Assembly: GCA_002009975.1 (NCBI GenBank)
Contig: MTLP01000032.1
Coordinates: 1-64,000 of the forward strand
DNA: 64,000 bases
Direction: 5' to 3'
DNA from: Thermococcus sp. JdFR-02
Lineage (GTDB): Archaea; Methanobacteriota_B; Thermococci; Thermococcales; Thermococcaceae
Of this stretch, positions 31,796-42,780 are shown one piece after another; position 1 is the stretch's first letter; each line of letters opens with the position of its first letter. Made by a program: the position numbers and the translations under genes. The notes under the pieces were generated by a model. It searched no databases. It saw nothing but the letters and a program-made list of their open reading frames with translations, and was not told where the DNA came from.

Positions 31796-33115
31796 TCATC
31801 TAAACCTTCTCAAAGCCATCTCTGCGGCTATGGTTATTGGATCTATAGTTGGACTTATCGGTGGAGCATAAGCAGTTTCTCCATAGGCTATATCCTCAAC
31901 AGTTGCGTTCTTTTGAGCAGCAAAGCTTAATGTCATTATCCTTCCCCAAACTCTTTCGCCACCAACTATTTGTGCCCCTATAAGCTTTTTATCGCTTTTC
32001 TTAAAGATTAATTTAACGCTTATTGGCTTTCCACCAGGGTAATATTCGGGCTTTGTTGAACCTTTAAATTTTCCAACAACAATGTCCAAGCCTTCCCTCT
32101 TAGCCCTCTCTTCTGTCATTCCAAATGTGCCAATTTCAAGCTCAAATAACTCTGTAATTGCAGTATTAAAGACTGGTCTAAACTTAACGCTGCCACCTAA
32201 GGCATTAATCGCCGCTACTTTTGCCATTCTAACAGCTGTTGTTCCCAATTGACTTAGTATCCTTTGTCCAGTTACTGCATCAATGACTTCAGCACAGTCA
32301 CCAAGTGCATAAATATCCTTATCGCTTGTCCTCAAGTATTCATCAACTACTATTCCCCTGCTAACTTCCAAGCCTGCTTGCTTTGCTAAATCAACATTAG
32401 CCCTAACTCCAGTGGCAACTAAAACTAAATCTGCTTCAATCTCTTCCTCTCCAATCTTTACCCTCTCAACTGGACTACCAATTATTTCACTAACTCCAAC
32501 ACCAAACTTAAATTGAATTCCCTTTTCTTCCAGGTGCTTTTGAACAATTGAAGCCATGTCCTTATCAAGCATCGTAGGCAATAAATGCTCCAAAAGCTCA
32601 ACGACTAAAACCTCTAAACCAAGCTCTTTAAAGGCAACTGCACCTTCAAGCCCAATTAATCCAGCACCGATTACAACAGCTTTCTTTGGTTTCCTCTTTT
32701 CAAGATATTCTTTGATCTTGACAACATCATCCATCTTCTTTAGTGTGAAAACGCCTTCATTTTCAACCCCCTTTATTGGAGGGACAAATGCTCTTGAACC
32801 TACAGCTAAAATTAGTTTATCATAAGGGACTTCTCCTTTATCGGTAATGACAACCCTCCTTTCCCTATCAATTGCCTTAGCCTCTGTTTCAAGCATTAAC
32901 TTAATTTTCTGTCTTTCATAAAAGCTATTTGGAAAAACTACTATATCTTCAAGCTTTGGAATTTTGCCGCTCAAAACAAATGGCAATGCGCAAGGTGAAT
33001 ATTGCATCGTCTTTTCCTTCCCAATGACAATGATCTCCGCTTTTCTGTCGATTTTTCTTGCAAAAAGGGCAAAATTACTCCCAGCAGTCCCAGAACCTAC
33101 GACCACTATACGCAT
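31796..33115 (-). CDS. NAD(P)H oxidase / FAD-dependent pyridine nucleotide-disulfide oxidoreductase
   Basis: GSGTAG, YSPCALP redox Cys, GAGLIG, GDC, YAPP. Confidence 0.9.
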   Translation of the reverse strand: MRIVVVGSGTAGSNFALFARKIDRKAEIIVIGKEKTMQYSPCALPFVLSGKIPKLEDIVVFPNSFYERQKIKLMLETEAKAIDRERRVVITDKGEVPYDKLILAVGSRAFVPPIKGVENEGVFTLKKMDDVVKIKEYLEKRKPKKAVVIGAGLIGLEGAVAFKELGLEVLVVELLEHLLPTMLDKDMASIVQKHLEEKGIQFKFGVGVSEIIGSPVERVKIGEEEIEADLVLVATGVRANVDLAKQAGLEVSRGIVVDEYLRTSDKDIYALGDCAEVIDAVTGQRILSQLGTTAVRMAKVAAINALGGSVKFRPVFNTAITELFELEIGTFGMTEERAKREGLDIVVGKFKGSTKPEYYPGGKPISVKLIFKKSDKKLIGAQIVGGERVWGRIMTLSFAAQKNATVEDIAYGETAYAPPISPTIDPITIAAEMALRRFR

Positions 33116-33185
33116 CAGCACCACCAAAGAAATGGTCATTTAATAGGTATAAAAGGATATCCTTGAAAAGAAGGAAGGAGAAAAG

Positions 33186-33917
<732 letters not shown>

Positions 33918-33933
33918 TCAGTGAATGTAATGC

Positions 33934-34224
33934 TCACGTTTTTTGCTGAAGAGTCTCAGCTAAATTGAGACAAACATCATTAACAAGCCTTTTCCAGCTG
34001 TACTTTCTATGAAGCCATTGCTCAATCTTTAATTGCTCCTTTTCAAGAGATTTTTCAAGATCTTCATAGGTGAGATTGAGAAAAAGCAGAATGTCGCACC
34101 ATTCACATGTTCTCCATAAGTAGTCTGCTAGGTACTTAACGACATTCCTCCTCTTTGCAACCAATCTAACATTTGGTTCAGGAGGAGTAGGCAACTCAAA
34201 CAAGACAGCTTCCATAACTTCCAC
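33934..34224 (-). CDS. Hypothetical protein or gene fragment
   Basis: 96 aa ORF filling the gap between pyrH and the PDH operon; no motif recognised. Confidence 0.4.
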   Translation of the reverse strand: MEVMEAVLFELPTPPEPNVRLVAKRRNVVKYLADYLWRTCEWCDILLFLNLTYEDLEKSLEKEQLKIEQWLHRKYSWKRLVNDVCLNLAETLQQKT

Positions 34225-34288
34225 TGATTATTATTTTGACTTAGTAGTATATAACACTTGACAAATTTAAAAAAATAAGCAGAAGAAA

Positions 34289-35458
34289 CTACCCAATTTG
34301 GAAAGCAGCACTTCTTAGTTCTCCTCTTTCAAATCTATGGGGATCGTACCATTCAAGGTCTAATGGAACTTTTGTAACTCTTCCTTTTACTATGAGCTCT
34401 GCAATTCCCTCACCAACACCTGGAGCCATCATAAAGCCGTGACCGCTGAATCCAGCTGCTATGTAAAATCCATCTATATAGTTAATCTTTCCGATTGCTG
34501 GATTTTTATCTGGTGTCTTTGCATAGAATCCAGCCCATTGTCTAATTACGTGAACATACTTTAAAGCGGGGATTATTGTCGTAGCCCACTTTAAAACTTC
34601 TCTGAGGAACTCATAAGTTGGATTCATATCATAAGTGGGCCCATATTCAAGTCCAGTTCCACAGAGAACTCCTCCGTCTTCTCCATCTTGAAGTACATAG
34701 GAATCATTATAAGCAGGTGGACAGACCAGTGGCTCAATTTGTCCCGGTTCTATTGGCTCGGTTTTTACCAATTGATGCTTATAGGGCTTTATTGGGATTA
34801 ATTCCCTATCTAATCCGGCCATTTCATTTATTATCGGTGCCCAAGCGTTTGCTGCATTGACAACTATATTGGTCTTTATTGTCCCTTTCTCTGTCTTAAC
34901 TCCCCTAATTTCTCCGTTCTCAACGATTATTCCAGTGACTGGAGTGTATTCATAAATTTCAACACCCATCTCTCTTGCTTTCTTTGCAAAGGCAAAAACC
35001 GCTTTGAATGGACAGGCTTTTCCGTCAGTCGGGTTCCATGCTCCAGCAAGCACAAAATCGGTATTTAACGGTGGTACTATCTCCTTAGCTTCTTCTGGTG
35101 TTATTAGCCTTGTAGGAACACCAAATTTATTTTGAAGTTTTATGTTATTCTTAAAGGTCTCAACCTCCTCTTCACTTGTTGCCAAGAATAGGTATCCAGT
35201 TTGCTTAAAGTTTATATCGTACTCGAGTTCCTCACTTAGCTTTTTCCACCTTTCAATGTTGTATTTTTGAAGCTTTATGTTTGCTTCATCCGTGAACTGA
35301 GCTCTTATACCACTTGCACACCTAAACGTAGAACCGCTTCCTAAATAGCCCTTTTCCAATAGAACAACGTCTTCAACTCCCATCTTTGCCAAGTGATAGG
35401 CTATTGAGGTTCCAGTACTCCCTCCACCTATTATGACAACTTCCGCTCTACTCTTCAT
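34289..35458 (-). CDS. Dye-linked L-proline dehydrogenase, beta (FAD) subunit, four-subunit complex
   Basis: GGGSTG, GSTFRC, YAKTPD, GFSGHGFMM. Confidence 0.85.
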   Translation of the reverse strand: MKSRAEVVIIGGGSTGTSIAYHLAKMGVEDVVLLEKGYLGSGSTFRCASGIRAQFTDEANIKLQKYNIERWKKLSEELEYDINFKQTGYLFLATSEEEVETFKNNIKLQNKFGVPTRLITPEEAKEIVPPLNTDFVLAGAWNPTDGKACPFKAVFAFAKKAREMGVEIYEYTPVTGIIVENGEIRGVKTEKGTIKTNIVVNAANAWAPIINEMAGLDRELIPIKPYKHQLVKTEPIEPGQIEPLVCPPAYNDSYVLQDGEDGGVLCGTGLEYGPTYDMNPTYEFLREVLKWATTIIPALKYVHVIRQWAGFYAKTPDKNPAIGKINYIDGFYIAAGFSGHGFMMAPGVGEGIAELIVKGRVTKVPLDLEWYDPHRFERGELRSAAFQIG

Positions 35459-35726
35459 CTATCTCACCCACCAAAATTCCTACGGGGACAGGTCTCACAG
35501 GAGTTCTAGTTGCAGGCAACTTAATTTCGTCTGGCTTTCTACCTGTTTTTCTTGCCAAAATGCTTATTATCATTGGCATGCACGTCCTACCTTGACATGG
35601 TCCCATCCCAACCCTTAAAATGCGCTTTATCATCTCTATATCCGTCACTCCCTGATCTATTAGGGCTTCAATTTCTTCTAATGTGACTTCATTACATCTA
35701 CAGATGATGATATCTTTTTTGCTCAT
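35448..35726 (-). CDS. BFD-like (2Fe-2S)-binding subunit of proline dehydrogenase
   Basis: CRC...GMGPCQGRTC...RTPVRP. Confidence 0.88.
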   Translation of the reverse strand: MSKKDIIICRCNEVTLEEIEALIDQGVTDIEMIKRILRVGMGPCQGRTCMPMIISILARKTGRKPDEIKLPATRTPVRPVPVGILVGEIDEE

Positions 35727-36220
35727 TCTCTCACCACCTTAACAGCCCTAACATCCCAAGCAAGCTCTATCGGCATCTCAACTGTGATTACTGGCGTATC
35801 TCCTTTGCTCTTTTCTCTTGGAATTACTAAAACTACCTTTCCTTTTCCTACTTCCTCTCCAATTCTGTTTAGAAGGATAACCTCTTCCCCAATTTCTGGA
35901 ACTGGTAATAGCTCGTGAGGCATCGTTACCCTGGCTTTGTCGCCTTTGTAGTGAATCATGAAGAAAGCCAACCCAGGGCAAATCTGAACACAAAGAGAAC
36001 AGCCAACACATTTTTCATAATCAACGAGTGGAATTGCATTCGGGTTTTCCATGAGAACAGCTTCAGTCGGACAAATTTCTTTACACGGTGTACACGGTAT
36101 TTCTTGCGGGCATTCCGGAATTGCAACCGGTCTTTGTCTTAATCTCTCCTCACTTGGAAGCTCTCCCAATACTTCCTTTAGCTCCTCAATGGTAACATAG
36201 CCCTTTGAGAGGTAGTTCAT
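35723..36220 (-). CDS. 4Fe-4S ferredoxin subunit of proline dehydrogenase
   Basis: CPQEIPCTPCKEICP and CVGCSLCVQICP. Confidence 0.88.
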   Translation of the reverse strand: MNYLSKGYVTIEELKEVLGELPSEERLRQRPVAIPECPQEIPCTPCKEICPTEAVLMENPNAIPLVDYEKCVGCSLCVQICPGLAFFMIHYKGDKARVTMPHELLPVPEIGEEVILLNRIGEEVGKGKVVLVIPREKSKGDTPVITVEMPIELAWDVRAVKVVRE

Positions 36221-37653
36221 TCTACCACCACCTTTTCGAGACCCTTAAGAACCTTCCTTCCAAAGGGTCCACTCCTAAACTCATCCAACTCTTTTTGTGC
36301 TTTCTCAATCTCCTTTAACCACTCTGGAGAAGCAATGCCAGCACTTAAAGCTGCAGCAATTCCCGCAATTTTGCCTTCAAGCATTGCAGTGGTAGCTTCT
36401 TCAATTCCAGCACTATCGCCTGCAACAAAAATTCCTTTAATTGTAGTTTCTAAGCGCTTATCTCTAATTACAACATGTCCTCCAAGTTCTGGAGCGTATT
36501 TTATTTGACATCCAACTTGGTGTAAAAGCTCTATACTTGGTCTCAGACCTACAGCCAAGGCTATAACATCAACTTCAAAGACCTTCTCAGTTCCTGGAAT
36601 TGGCTTCCAATTCTCATCAATTTGCGCAACAATTGCCCTTTCAACTTTTTCTTTCCCCTCAGCCCTCAAAATTGTGTGTCTTGTCAAAATTGGAACACCT
36701 AAGCGTCTAACCTTAGCTGCGTGAACAAAATAACCACCAATCTTTGGCAGTGCCTCAACTATTGCCTTAACCTCAACTCCAGCTTGTATTAATTGATAGG
36801 CTAAAATTAGTCCAACGTTTCCAGCTCCTATTATCAATACTCTATCCCCTGGTTTTACGCCATAGGTATTCATCAAAGTTTGAATTGCTCCGGCTCCATA
36901 AATTCCGGGCAAATCATTGTTCTCAAATGGGATCATTCTTTCCATTGCCCCGGTTGCCACAATAACTGCTTTCCCTCTAAACTCAACAAGCTCTTTGTTC
37001 TTCCTAACGCCCACAACTAATTTTGTGTCATCTTCTTGGAGCAAAGCAATCGCAGAAGTTTCTAAGAAAACTTTGATATTTTCCCTCTTCTTGACTTCCT
37101 CCTCAAGTATGTCAGCAATTTTAACTCCTCTAACTCCTGCAAATTGCTCCCTCTTTCCAAAGAACTTATGAGTTTGCTTAACCAATTGACCGCCAAGCAT
37201 TGGATTTTCATCTAAAAGAGCAACTTTTGCACCTGCATCGCTTGCATAAATAGCCGCCATCAAACCCGCAGGTCCTCCCCCTATAATAACAATATCAGCA
37301 TCTATTTTCTCAGGATCTTTCCACTTCGGCGGTTTTGCTGTTGTCGGCAACTTCGGCTTTGCTTTTTGTTTGGTTATTTGCATCCCATCTTCAACCAAAG
37401 TTATACATGTTCTTACGTTTGGAATCCCATTTACGGTCATTAAACAAGAAGCACACTTCCCAATTGCACAGAAAAGCCCTCTTGGTCTATCCTTTTGGAA
37501 TGTATGTGCTAGAACCCTAATCCCAGCGGCATGTAATGCCATCACTATTGTTTCGCCTTCATAGGCTTCAATCGGCTGTCCCTCGAAATAAATTGTAACT
37601 TTTTTGCCCCGTCTTTCTTGAAAATTCAGAATAGGATGTTCAGTGAGGCGCAT
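36217..37653 (-). CDS. Proline dehydrogenase alpha subunit (2Fe-2S plus FAD, NADH dehydrogenase activity)
   Basis: CAIGKCASC...C, GGGPAG, ATGA, GAGNVG, AGD. Confidence 0.87.
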   Translation of the reverse strand: MRLTEHPILNFQERRGKKVTIYFEGQPIEAYEGETIVMALHAAGIRVLAHTFQKDRPRGLFCAIGKCASCLMTVNGIPNVRTCITLVEDGMQITKQKAKPKLPTTAKPPKWKDPEKIDADIVIIGGGPAGLMAAIYASDAGAKVALLDENPMLGGQLVKQTHKFFGKREQFAGVRGVKIADILEEEVKKRENIKVFLETSAIALLQEDDTKLVVGVRKNKELVEFRGKAVIVATGAMERMIPFENNDLPGIYGAGAIQTLMNTYGVKPGDRVLIIGAGNVGLILAYQLIQAGVEVKAIVEALPKIGGYFVHAAKVRRLGVPILTRHTILRAEGKEKVERAIVAQIDENWKPIPGTEKVFEVDVIALAVGLRPSIELLHQVGCQIKYAPELGGHVVIRDKRLETTIKGIFVAGDSAGIEEATTAMLEGKIAGIAAALSAGIASPEWLKEIEKAQKELDEFRSGPFGRKVLKGLEKVVVE

Positions 37654-37810
37654 GGTAGGTTCACCAATGCAAAATTTAGCTATTTTATGTATATGAAAAT
37701 TTCCTCAATGTTAAGTTTTTCACCTTTGGTTACAGCGCCAAAACATGCAGAATAGAAATTTGACAATTTAAACTTGTTAAAATACAAAAAAGAATTAAAC
37801 AAACAAAAAG

Positions 37811-38944
37811 CTATCCCATTTGTATAGCTTTACTTCTTAACTCTCCTCTTTCAAATCTATATGGGTCATACCACCAAAATGGCAAATTGGTTTTCCCCTT
37901 AGTTATTAGATCAGCGACACCTTCAGCAACTACTGGAGCCATCATGAAGCCATGTCCAGAAAAGCCAGCAACAATGTAATACTCATCAATTTCATTTATT
38001 CTTCCTATTGCTGGATTACTATCTGGCGTCTTAGCATAAAATCCAGCCCAAACTCTTAGTATCCTTAAATCCTTAAGAGCTGGAATTATTTGAATAAACT
38101 GCTTCGTAACTTCTTTTAAGAATTCATAGGTTGGTGTTAAATCGTAGCCATGCTCTTCAAGTCCAACTCCTCCTACAATACCTCCATGGGCTGTTTGAGT
38201 AAGATAAGCATCCCTGTGTTTAAAGGATATCACCATTGGATTAATTTGCCCCGATTTCATTGGTTGGGTAATAATAGCTTGATGCTTATATGGCTCAATT
38301 GGTATAGTAATCGGCACTTCTGCCATTGCATTTATAAGCTTAGCCCAAGCGTTTGTAGCATTTACAACTGTTCCGGTACTAAAGAAGCCCTTATTCGTCT
38401 TTACTCCCTTAATCTCACCGTTTTCCACAACTATATCTTTAACTTCTGTGTATTCATAAATTTTAGCCCCAAGCTCTTTAGCTTCTCTTGCAAATGCCAT
38501 AGTAGCTTTAAAAGGATCAGCCTTTCCATCAGTTGGATTCCATGAAGCCGCTAAAACATCTTCAATGTTCAAAAGGGGTACTATTTCCTTAGCCTCTTCT
38601 GGTGTTATCAGCCTTGTAGGAACACCAAATTTATTTTGAAGTTTTATGTTATTCTTAAAATCTTCAATTTCCTCTTCAGAGTAGAGTAGGAATAAGTAGC
38701 CGCTCTGTGTAAATGGAAAACCAAAATCTTCAGAGTACTTTTTCCAAAGTTCAACTGAGCGCTTCATAACTTGAATGTTTGCCTCATCTCCAAACTGCTG
38801 TCTTATTCCAGTTCCACACCTAAAGGTTGAGCCTGAGCCGATGAATCGCCTCTCTAAGACAGTAACTTCATATCCTCTCTTTGCAAGCTCATAGGCTAAA
38901 GCAACGCCAGTAATTCCACCACCTATGATCGTTACCTCACTCAT
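37811..38944 (-). CDS. Dye-linked L-proline dehydrogenase beta subunit, second complex
   Basis: GGGITG, GSTFRCGTGIR, YAKTPD, GFSGHGFMM. Confidence 0.85.
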   Translation of the reverse strand: MSEVTIIGGGITGVALAYELAKRGYEVTVLERRFIGSGSTFRCGTGIRQQFGDEANIQVMKRSVELWKKYSEDFGFPFTQSGYLFLLYSEEEIEDFKNNIKLQNKFGVPTRLITPEEAKEIVPLLNIEDVLAASWNPTDGKADPFKATMAFAREAKELGAKIYEYTEVKDIVVENGEIKGVKTNKGFFSTGTVVNATNAWAKLINAMAEVPITIPIEPYKHQAIITQPMKSGQINPMVISFKHRDAYLTQTAHGGIVGGVGLEEHGYDLTPTYEFLKEVTKQFIQIIPALKDLRILRVWAGFYAKTPDSNPAIGRINEIDEYYIVAGFSGHGFMMAPVVAEGVADLITKGKTNLPFWWYDPYRFERGELRSKAIQMG

Positions 38945-39218
38945 TGGCTATCACCTTTATCTTTACCGGCTTGATCGGTATCCTTGATGTCGGGAGCTTA
39001 ATTTCCTTCATATCCTTTCCAGTCTTTGCACTAATTACCTGAGCTGCTGTAACTATACAATATCTTCCCTGACAGAATCCCATTCCCACCCTCGTTAAAC
39101 GCTTTATTATCTCCAAATCTGTTATTCCCTCATCTAAAACATCTAAAATATCCTTTAGAGTTACGTCACAACCACAGATGAATGTCTTCTCAGGATCAAT
39201 CTTATCTAAGTTTATCAT
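38937..39218 (-). CDS. BFD-like four-Cys metal-binding protein (detached C-terminal domain of the PDH1 alpha subunit)
   Basis: CGCDV...GMGFCQGRYC, own GGAGGTG SD, ATGA overlap. Confidence 0.8.
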   Translation of the reverse strand: MINLDKIDPEKTFICGCDVTLKDILDVLDEGITDLEIIKRLTRVGMGFCQGRYCIVTAAQVISAKTGKDMKEIKLPTSRIPIKPVKIKVIANE

Positions 39219-40444
39219 ATTACCACCTCCTTTAACAGCTCAGCTTTCTCCCCTATTGCCTTCAAAAACTCTTTTTTCAACTCCTCAGAACTATTTTCTA
39301 TTCCAAAAGACTCTAGAATGTAAGCTCCAACTAATCGTCCTTCTAAATAGTTTAGATAACTTCCCTTTATCCATGAAGCGTTTCCAGCAATATAAATACC
39401 CTCAATGATTTCATGTTTATCATTTCTAAGGGGCAGGTAACCACCAAGTTCCTCCACATAGGTTATCTCTGCTCCTACCTGCTGGGCTAAATTAATTTCC
39501 GGTCTAAAGCCATTGGACATAACTACTGCATCAACCTCATAGACATTTCCTTCTTCATCAATAACCCTTTCAACGCTGTCTTCACCTTCAACCCTAATAA
39601 TTGGCTTTTTAATGGTTATAAAATCTAAACCTGCCCACTCAAACTCTCTAGCAGCTTCTTCAGGATTCTTCCCCACTATTGCTATTTTGTTCCCAGGCTT
39701 TATTCCAAAAACATTGAGAACCTCTAGGGCAAAGTCTATACGAAATACTCCCGGCATGTCATTGTTTTCGAAGAGCATGAAATTTGGGATTGCACCAGTA
39801 GCTATAACTACTTTTTTAGCTCTGATCTCAATGAGTTTGCCTCCTCTCTCAGCTATAATTAAGAAGAAATTTCCATCCTTCAAAATCCCTAAAGCTGTTG
39901 TGCTGGTTAGTGTTCTAACATTCTTTAGCTTTTTTATCAGTTCATTCTTTATTTCCTTTGGAGATTTGCCATCAAACTCCTCTATCGGGACAGTCCTTTT
40001 CCTAAGTTCACCGCCGAGTTTGTCTTTTTCTTCAACGATTATCGCATCAAGTTTATCTTGAACCTCAAGTGCAACCGCTAATCCAGCTATCCCTCCTCCA
40101 ATTATCGCCACATCCGTCACATACAGCTCAGGCTTCTTCTTTCCTTCTTCTCTGGACTCAACTTCTTGTATTTCTTCTAAATACGTTTGTCTTTCAATTC
40201 TCATACCCTCTTTAACCTTGATTTTCCTCGCATCTTGATTCTTAATGCCATTTATCTTTACAAGTGCTGGTCCAAATGCAAAAGCTCCTCTTTTTCTCCC
40301 TATTCCACTTGTAGTTAGCCATCTTATTCCGTTTGCCAAAAGAGCTACTGCAACTTTTTCACCCTCGTAAGCTTCCAGCGGCTTTCCTTCAAAATAGATT
40401 GTAACCCTTTTACCTTCCTTTTTATAGAGATCGAGAGGTCTCAT
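39215..40444 (-). CDS. Proline dehydrogenase alpha subunit (PDH1 type, lacking the C-terminal Cys domain)
   Basis: MRPLDL start, GGGIAG, ATGA, FENNDMPGVFR. Confidence 0.83.
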   Translation of the reverse strand: MRPLDLYKKEGKRVTIYFEGKPLEAYEGEKVAVALLANGIRWLTTSGIGRKRGAFAFGPALVKINGIKNQDARKIKVKEGMRIERQTYLEEIQEVESREEGKKKPELYVTDVAIIGGGIAGLAVALEVQDKLDAIIVEEKDKLGGELRKRTVPIEEFDGKSPKEIKNELIKKLKNVRTLTSTTALGILKDGNFFLIIAERGGKLIEIRAKKVVIATGAIPNFMLFENNDMPGVFRIDFALEVLNVFGIKPGNKIAIVGKNPEEAAREFEWAGLDFITIKKPIIRVEGEDSVERVIDEEGNVYEVDAVVMSNGFRPEINLAQQVGAEITYVEELGGYLPLRNDKHEIIEGIYIAGNASWIKGSYLNYLEGRLVGAYILESFGIENSSEELKKEFLKAIGEKAELLKEVVI

Positions 40445-40503
40445 AGCCTTCACCTATGTAAGAATTTTCAATCAATAACAAACTATGGAACTCGCATAAT
40501 ATA

Positions 40504-40542
40504 AACTTTAGGTTTACAAATGATAGTGTAAAACAATAGGTT
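40504..40542. promoter_or_regulatory. Two near-consensus SurR-like sites in a divergent promoter
   Basis: AAC-n5-GTT-n3-AAa (40504-40520) and GTg-n3-AAC-n5-GTT (40526-40542), each one mismatch from GTTn3AACn5GTT. Confidence 0.35.
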
Positions 40543-40603
40543 AAGAAAAAACAGAGAAGTTAGGTTTATTTAAACAATAAACTAAAAATTTATGGTGTTG
40601 ATT

Positions 40604-41584
40604 ATGGTCCTAGTCCTAAAAAGAAAAGACTTAGAGAAAATATTGTGCATGAAAGAGGTCATAGATGCCGTGGAAAAGGCTTTTCTCGAGTTTTTTAATG
40701 GAACCGCAAAAGTGCCCTTGCGGACAATAATTGATGTTGAAAAGCACGAAGGAACTATGCTTTACATGCCCTGTTATCTTGAAGGAAACGATGCTTTGGC
40801 AATAAAGATTGTCTCCGTTTATGAGAAGAACCTCAAAAAAAGATTACCTACAATATTCGCGACTGTTCTTGTAAATGATCCTGAAACTGGAAAACCTTTG
40901 GCTATTATGGAAGGAGGTTATTTAACGGCTATGAGAACTGGAGCAACAAGTGGAGTTGCTACAAAATATCTAGCAAGAAAGGATTCCAAGGTTGTTGGAA
41001 TTATAGGTGCTGGAGTTCAGGCAAGAACCCAATTATGGGCAGTTTGTGAAGTAAGACATATTGAAAAGGCTCTTGTTTATGATGTAGATATTAAGAGGGC
41101 AAAGGTTTTTGCAGAAGAGATGAGCAAAAAACTTGGAATCGATATTGAAGTTGCAGAGAATAGTGAGAAAGTTGCCAAAAATTCAGATGTCTTAGTCCTA
41201 GCCACAACTGCAAAGGAACCTGTAATAAATGGAGAGTGGATAAAGGAAGGAACCCACATAACTTCAATTGGATGGGTAGGACCAAAGGGGAGGGAATTAG
41301 ACTCAAAGACTGTAAAGAAATCAAAACTAATTGTTGACTCAAAGGAAGCCGTTCTAAGTGAGTCAGGGGATATAATTATCCCGATAAAAGAGGGAATAAT
41401 TGATAAAAATCATGTCTATGCAGAATTGGGAGAAATAGTGAGCGGAATCAAAAAAGGCAGGGTTTCTGATGAAGAAATCACCCTATTCAAAAGCGTTGGC
41501 TTAGCAATAGAAGATGCCATAACAGCAAAATTAGCTTATGAAAAAGCACTTGAAAAGGGGATTGGCATAGAGATAGAACTTTGA
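40604..41584 (+). CDS. Ornithine cyclodeaminase/mu-crystallin family, probable delta1-pyrroline-2-carboxylate reductase (LhpI-like)
   Basis: [24 protein letters not shown]; adjacent to a proline racemase. Confidence 0.8.
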   Translation: MVLVLKRKDLEKILCMKEVIDAVEKAFLEFFNGTAKVPLRTIIDVEKHEGTMLYMPCYLEGNDALAIKIVSVYEKNLKKRLPTIFATVLVNDPETGKPLAIMEGGYLTAMRTGATSGVATKYLARKDSKVVGIIGAGVQARTQLWAVCEVRHIEKALVYDVDIKRAKVFAEEMSKKLGIDIEVAENSEKVAKNSDVLVLATTAKEPVINGEWIKEGTHITSIGWVGPKGRELDSKTVKKSKLIVDSKEAVLSESGDIIIPIKEGIIDKNHVYAELGEIVSGIKKGRVSDEEITLFKSVGLAIEDAITAKLAYEKALEKGIGIEIEL

Positions 41585-41657
41585 GTATTTTCTTTTAACA
41601 TTTCTCCATAGATGCATTTATATAAAACAAGTGTTAATACGAATTTTGGTGACATTT

Positions 41658-42653
41658 ATGTTAGCCAAGAATATTTTATACGTTGTTGATACCCACACAG
41701 AAGGAGAACCCACAAGAATCGTTCTCTCTGGTGTAAGTGTTAAGGGAAAAGACATCCTCGAAAAGAGAAGGTATTTTATGGAAAACTACGATTGGGTAAG
41801 AACTGCTGTCTTGCAAGAGCCGAGAGGACATATAGATCAATTTGGAGCAATTGTTTTACCTTCAGATGTTGCAGACTTTGGGCTTTTCTTTATGGATACT
41901 CACGGCTATTTAGACATGTGTGGTCATGGAACTATTGGTGTTGCAACTGCTCTCATTGAGCTTGGAATTGTTGAACCTAAAGAACCTTACACAAATATAA
42001 AGTTTGAGACCCCTGCTGGATTTGTAGAAGCAAAGGTAAGGGTAGAAGATGAGAAAGTCAAAGAAGTCAGTGTAATAGATGTGCCGAGCTTTCATGTTGG
42101 GGAATTTGAAATTAATTATCCGGAAGTGGGAAAGATTAAGGTAGATGTTGCATTTGGCGGTAACTTTTATGTAATAACAGACGCAAGGAACTTTGGACTT
42201 AGAGTTAGAAAAGAATATATAACTAAGCTCATTCCAACAGCTTTAAAGTTAATAAAAGTTGCAAACGAGCAAATAAAAGTTCGTCATCCAAAAGAAGGGG
42301 TCGCAAATGAAATTAGATTAGCCATGCTTACGGACGAGCCTGAGAGAGAAGACGCGGATGGAAAGAATATTGTAATCTGGGGAAAAGGAAGCTTTGATAG
42401 AAGTCCTTGTGGAACGGGAAGTGCTTCAAGGGTGGCAACACTATTCTCCAAAGGGTTGTTGAAAGTTAGGGACACATTTGTTCACGAAAGCATAACAAAA
42501 ACCGTGTTTAGGATTAGAATAGTCGACACAACAAAGATTGGCGAATATAAAGCAATAGTTCCAGAGATAACGGGAAGTGCATACATAACACAAATTTCTC
42601 AAGTGATAATAGACAAAAGAGATCCACTTTGGAGGGGCTTTTTAATAAGATAA
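41658..42653 (+). CDS. Proline racemase / hydroxyproline 2-epimerase
   Basis: [14 protein letters not shown] and DRSPCGTG, a Cys/Cys catalytic pair. Confidence 0.9.
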   Translation: MLAKNILYVVDTHTEGEPTRIVLSGVSVKGKDILEKRRYFMENYDWVRTAVLQEPRGHIDQFGAIVLPSDVADFGLFFMDTHGYLDMCGHGTIGVATALIELGIVEPKEPYTNIKFETPAGFVEAKVRVEDEKVKEVSVIDVPSFHVGEFEINYPEVGKIKVDVAFGGNFYVITDARNFGLRVRKEYITKLIPTALKLIKVANEQIKVRHPKEGVANEIRLAMLTDEPEREDADGKNIVIWGKGSFDRSPCGTGSASRVATLFSKGLLKVRDTFVHESITKTVFRIRIVDTTKIGEYKAIVPEITGSAYITQISQVIIDKRDPLWRGFLIR

Positions 42654-42664
42654 AAAGAAAAAGG

Positions 42665-42778
42665 TCAAGCAGAGGCTTTTTCTTTTTCCTTCTCAAGGGC
42701 TAACTTAACAAAATAGATAGTTAGCCCCCAATAGAATCCCAACACAATTATCATTGTTGCTATAACTGAACCTTCCAT
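42665..42778 (-). CDS. MetS-like small subunit of the NSS transporter (37 aa), absent from the ORF track
   Basis: MEGSVIATMIIVLGFYWGLTIYFVKLALEKEKEKASA. One TM segment, begins 2 bp after the transporter stop, GGAGG SD. Confidence 0.8.
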   Translation of the reverse strand: MEGSVIATMIIVLGFYWGLTIYFVKLALEKEKEKASA

Positions 42779-42780
42779 CT

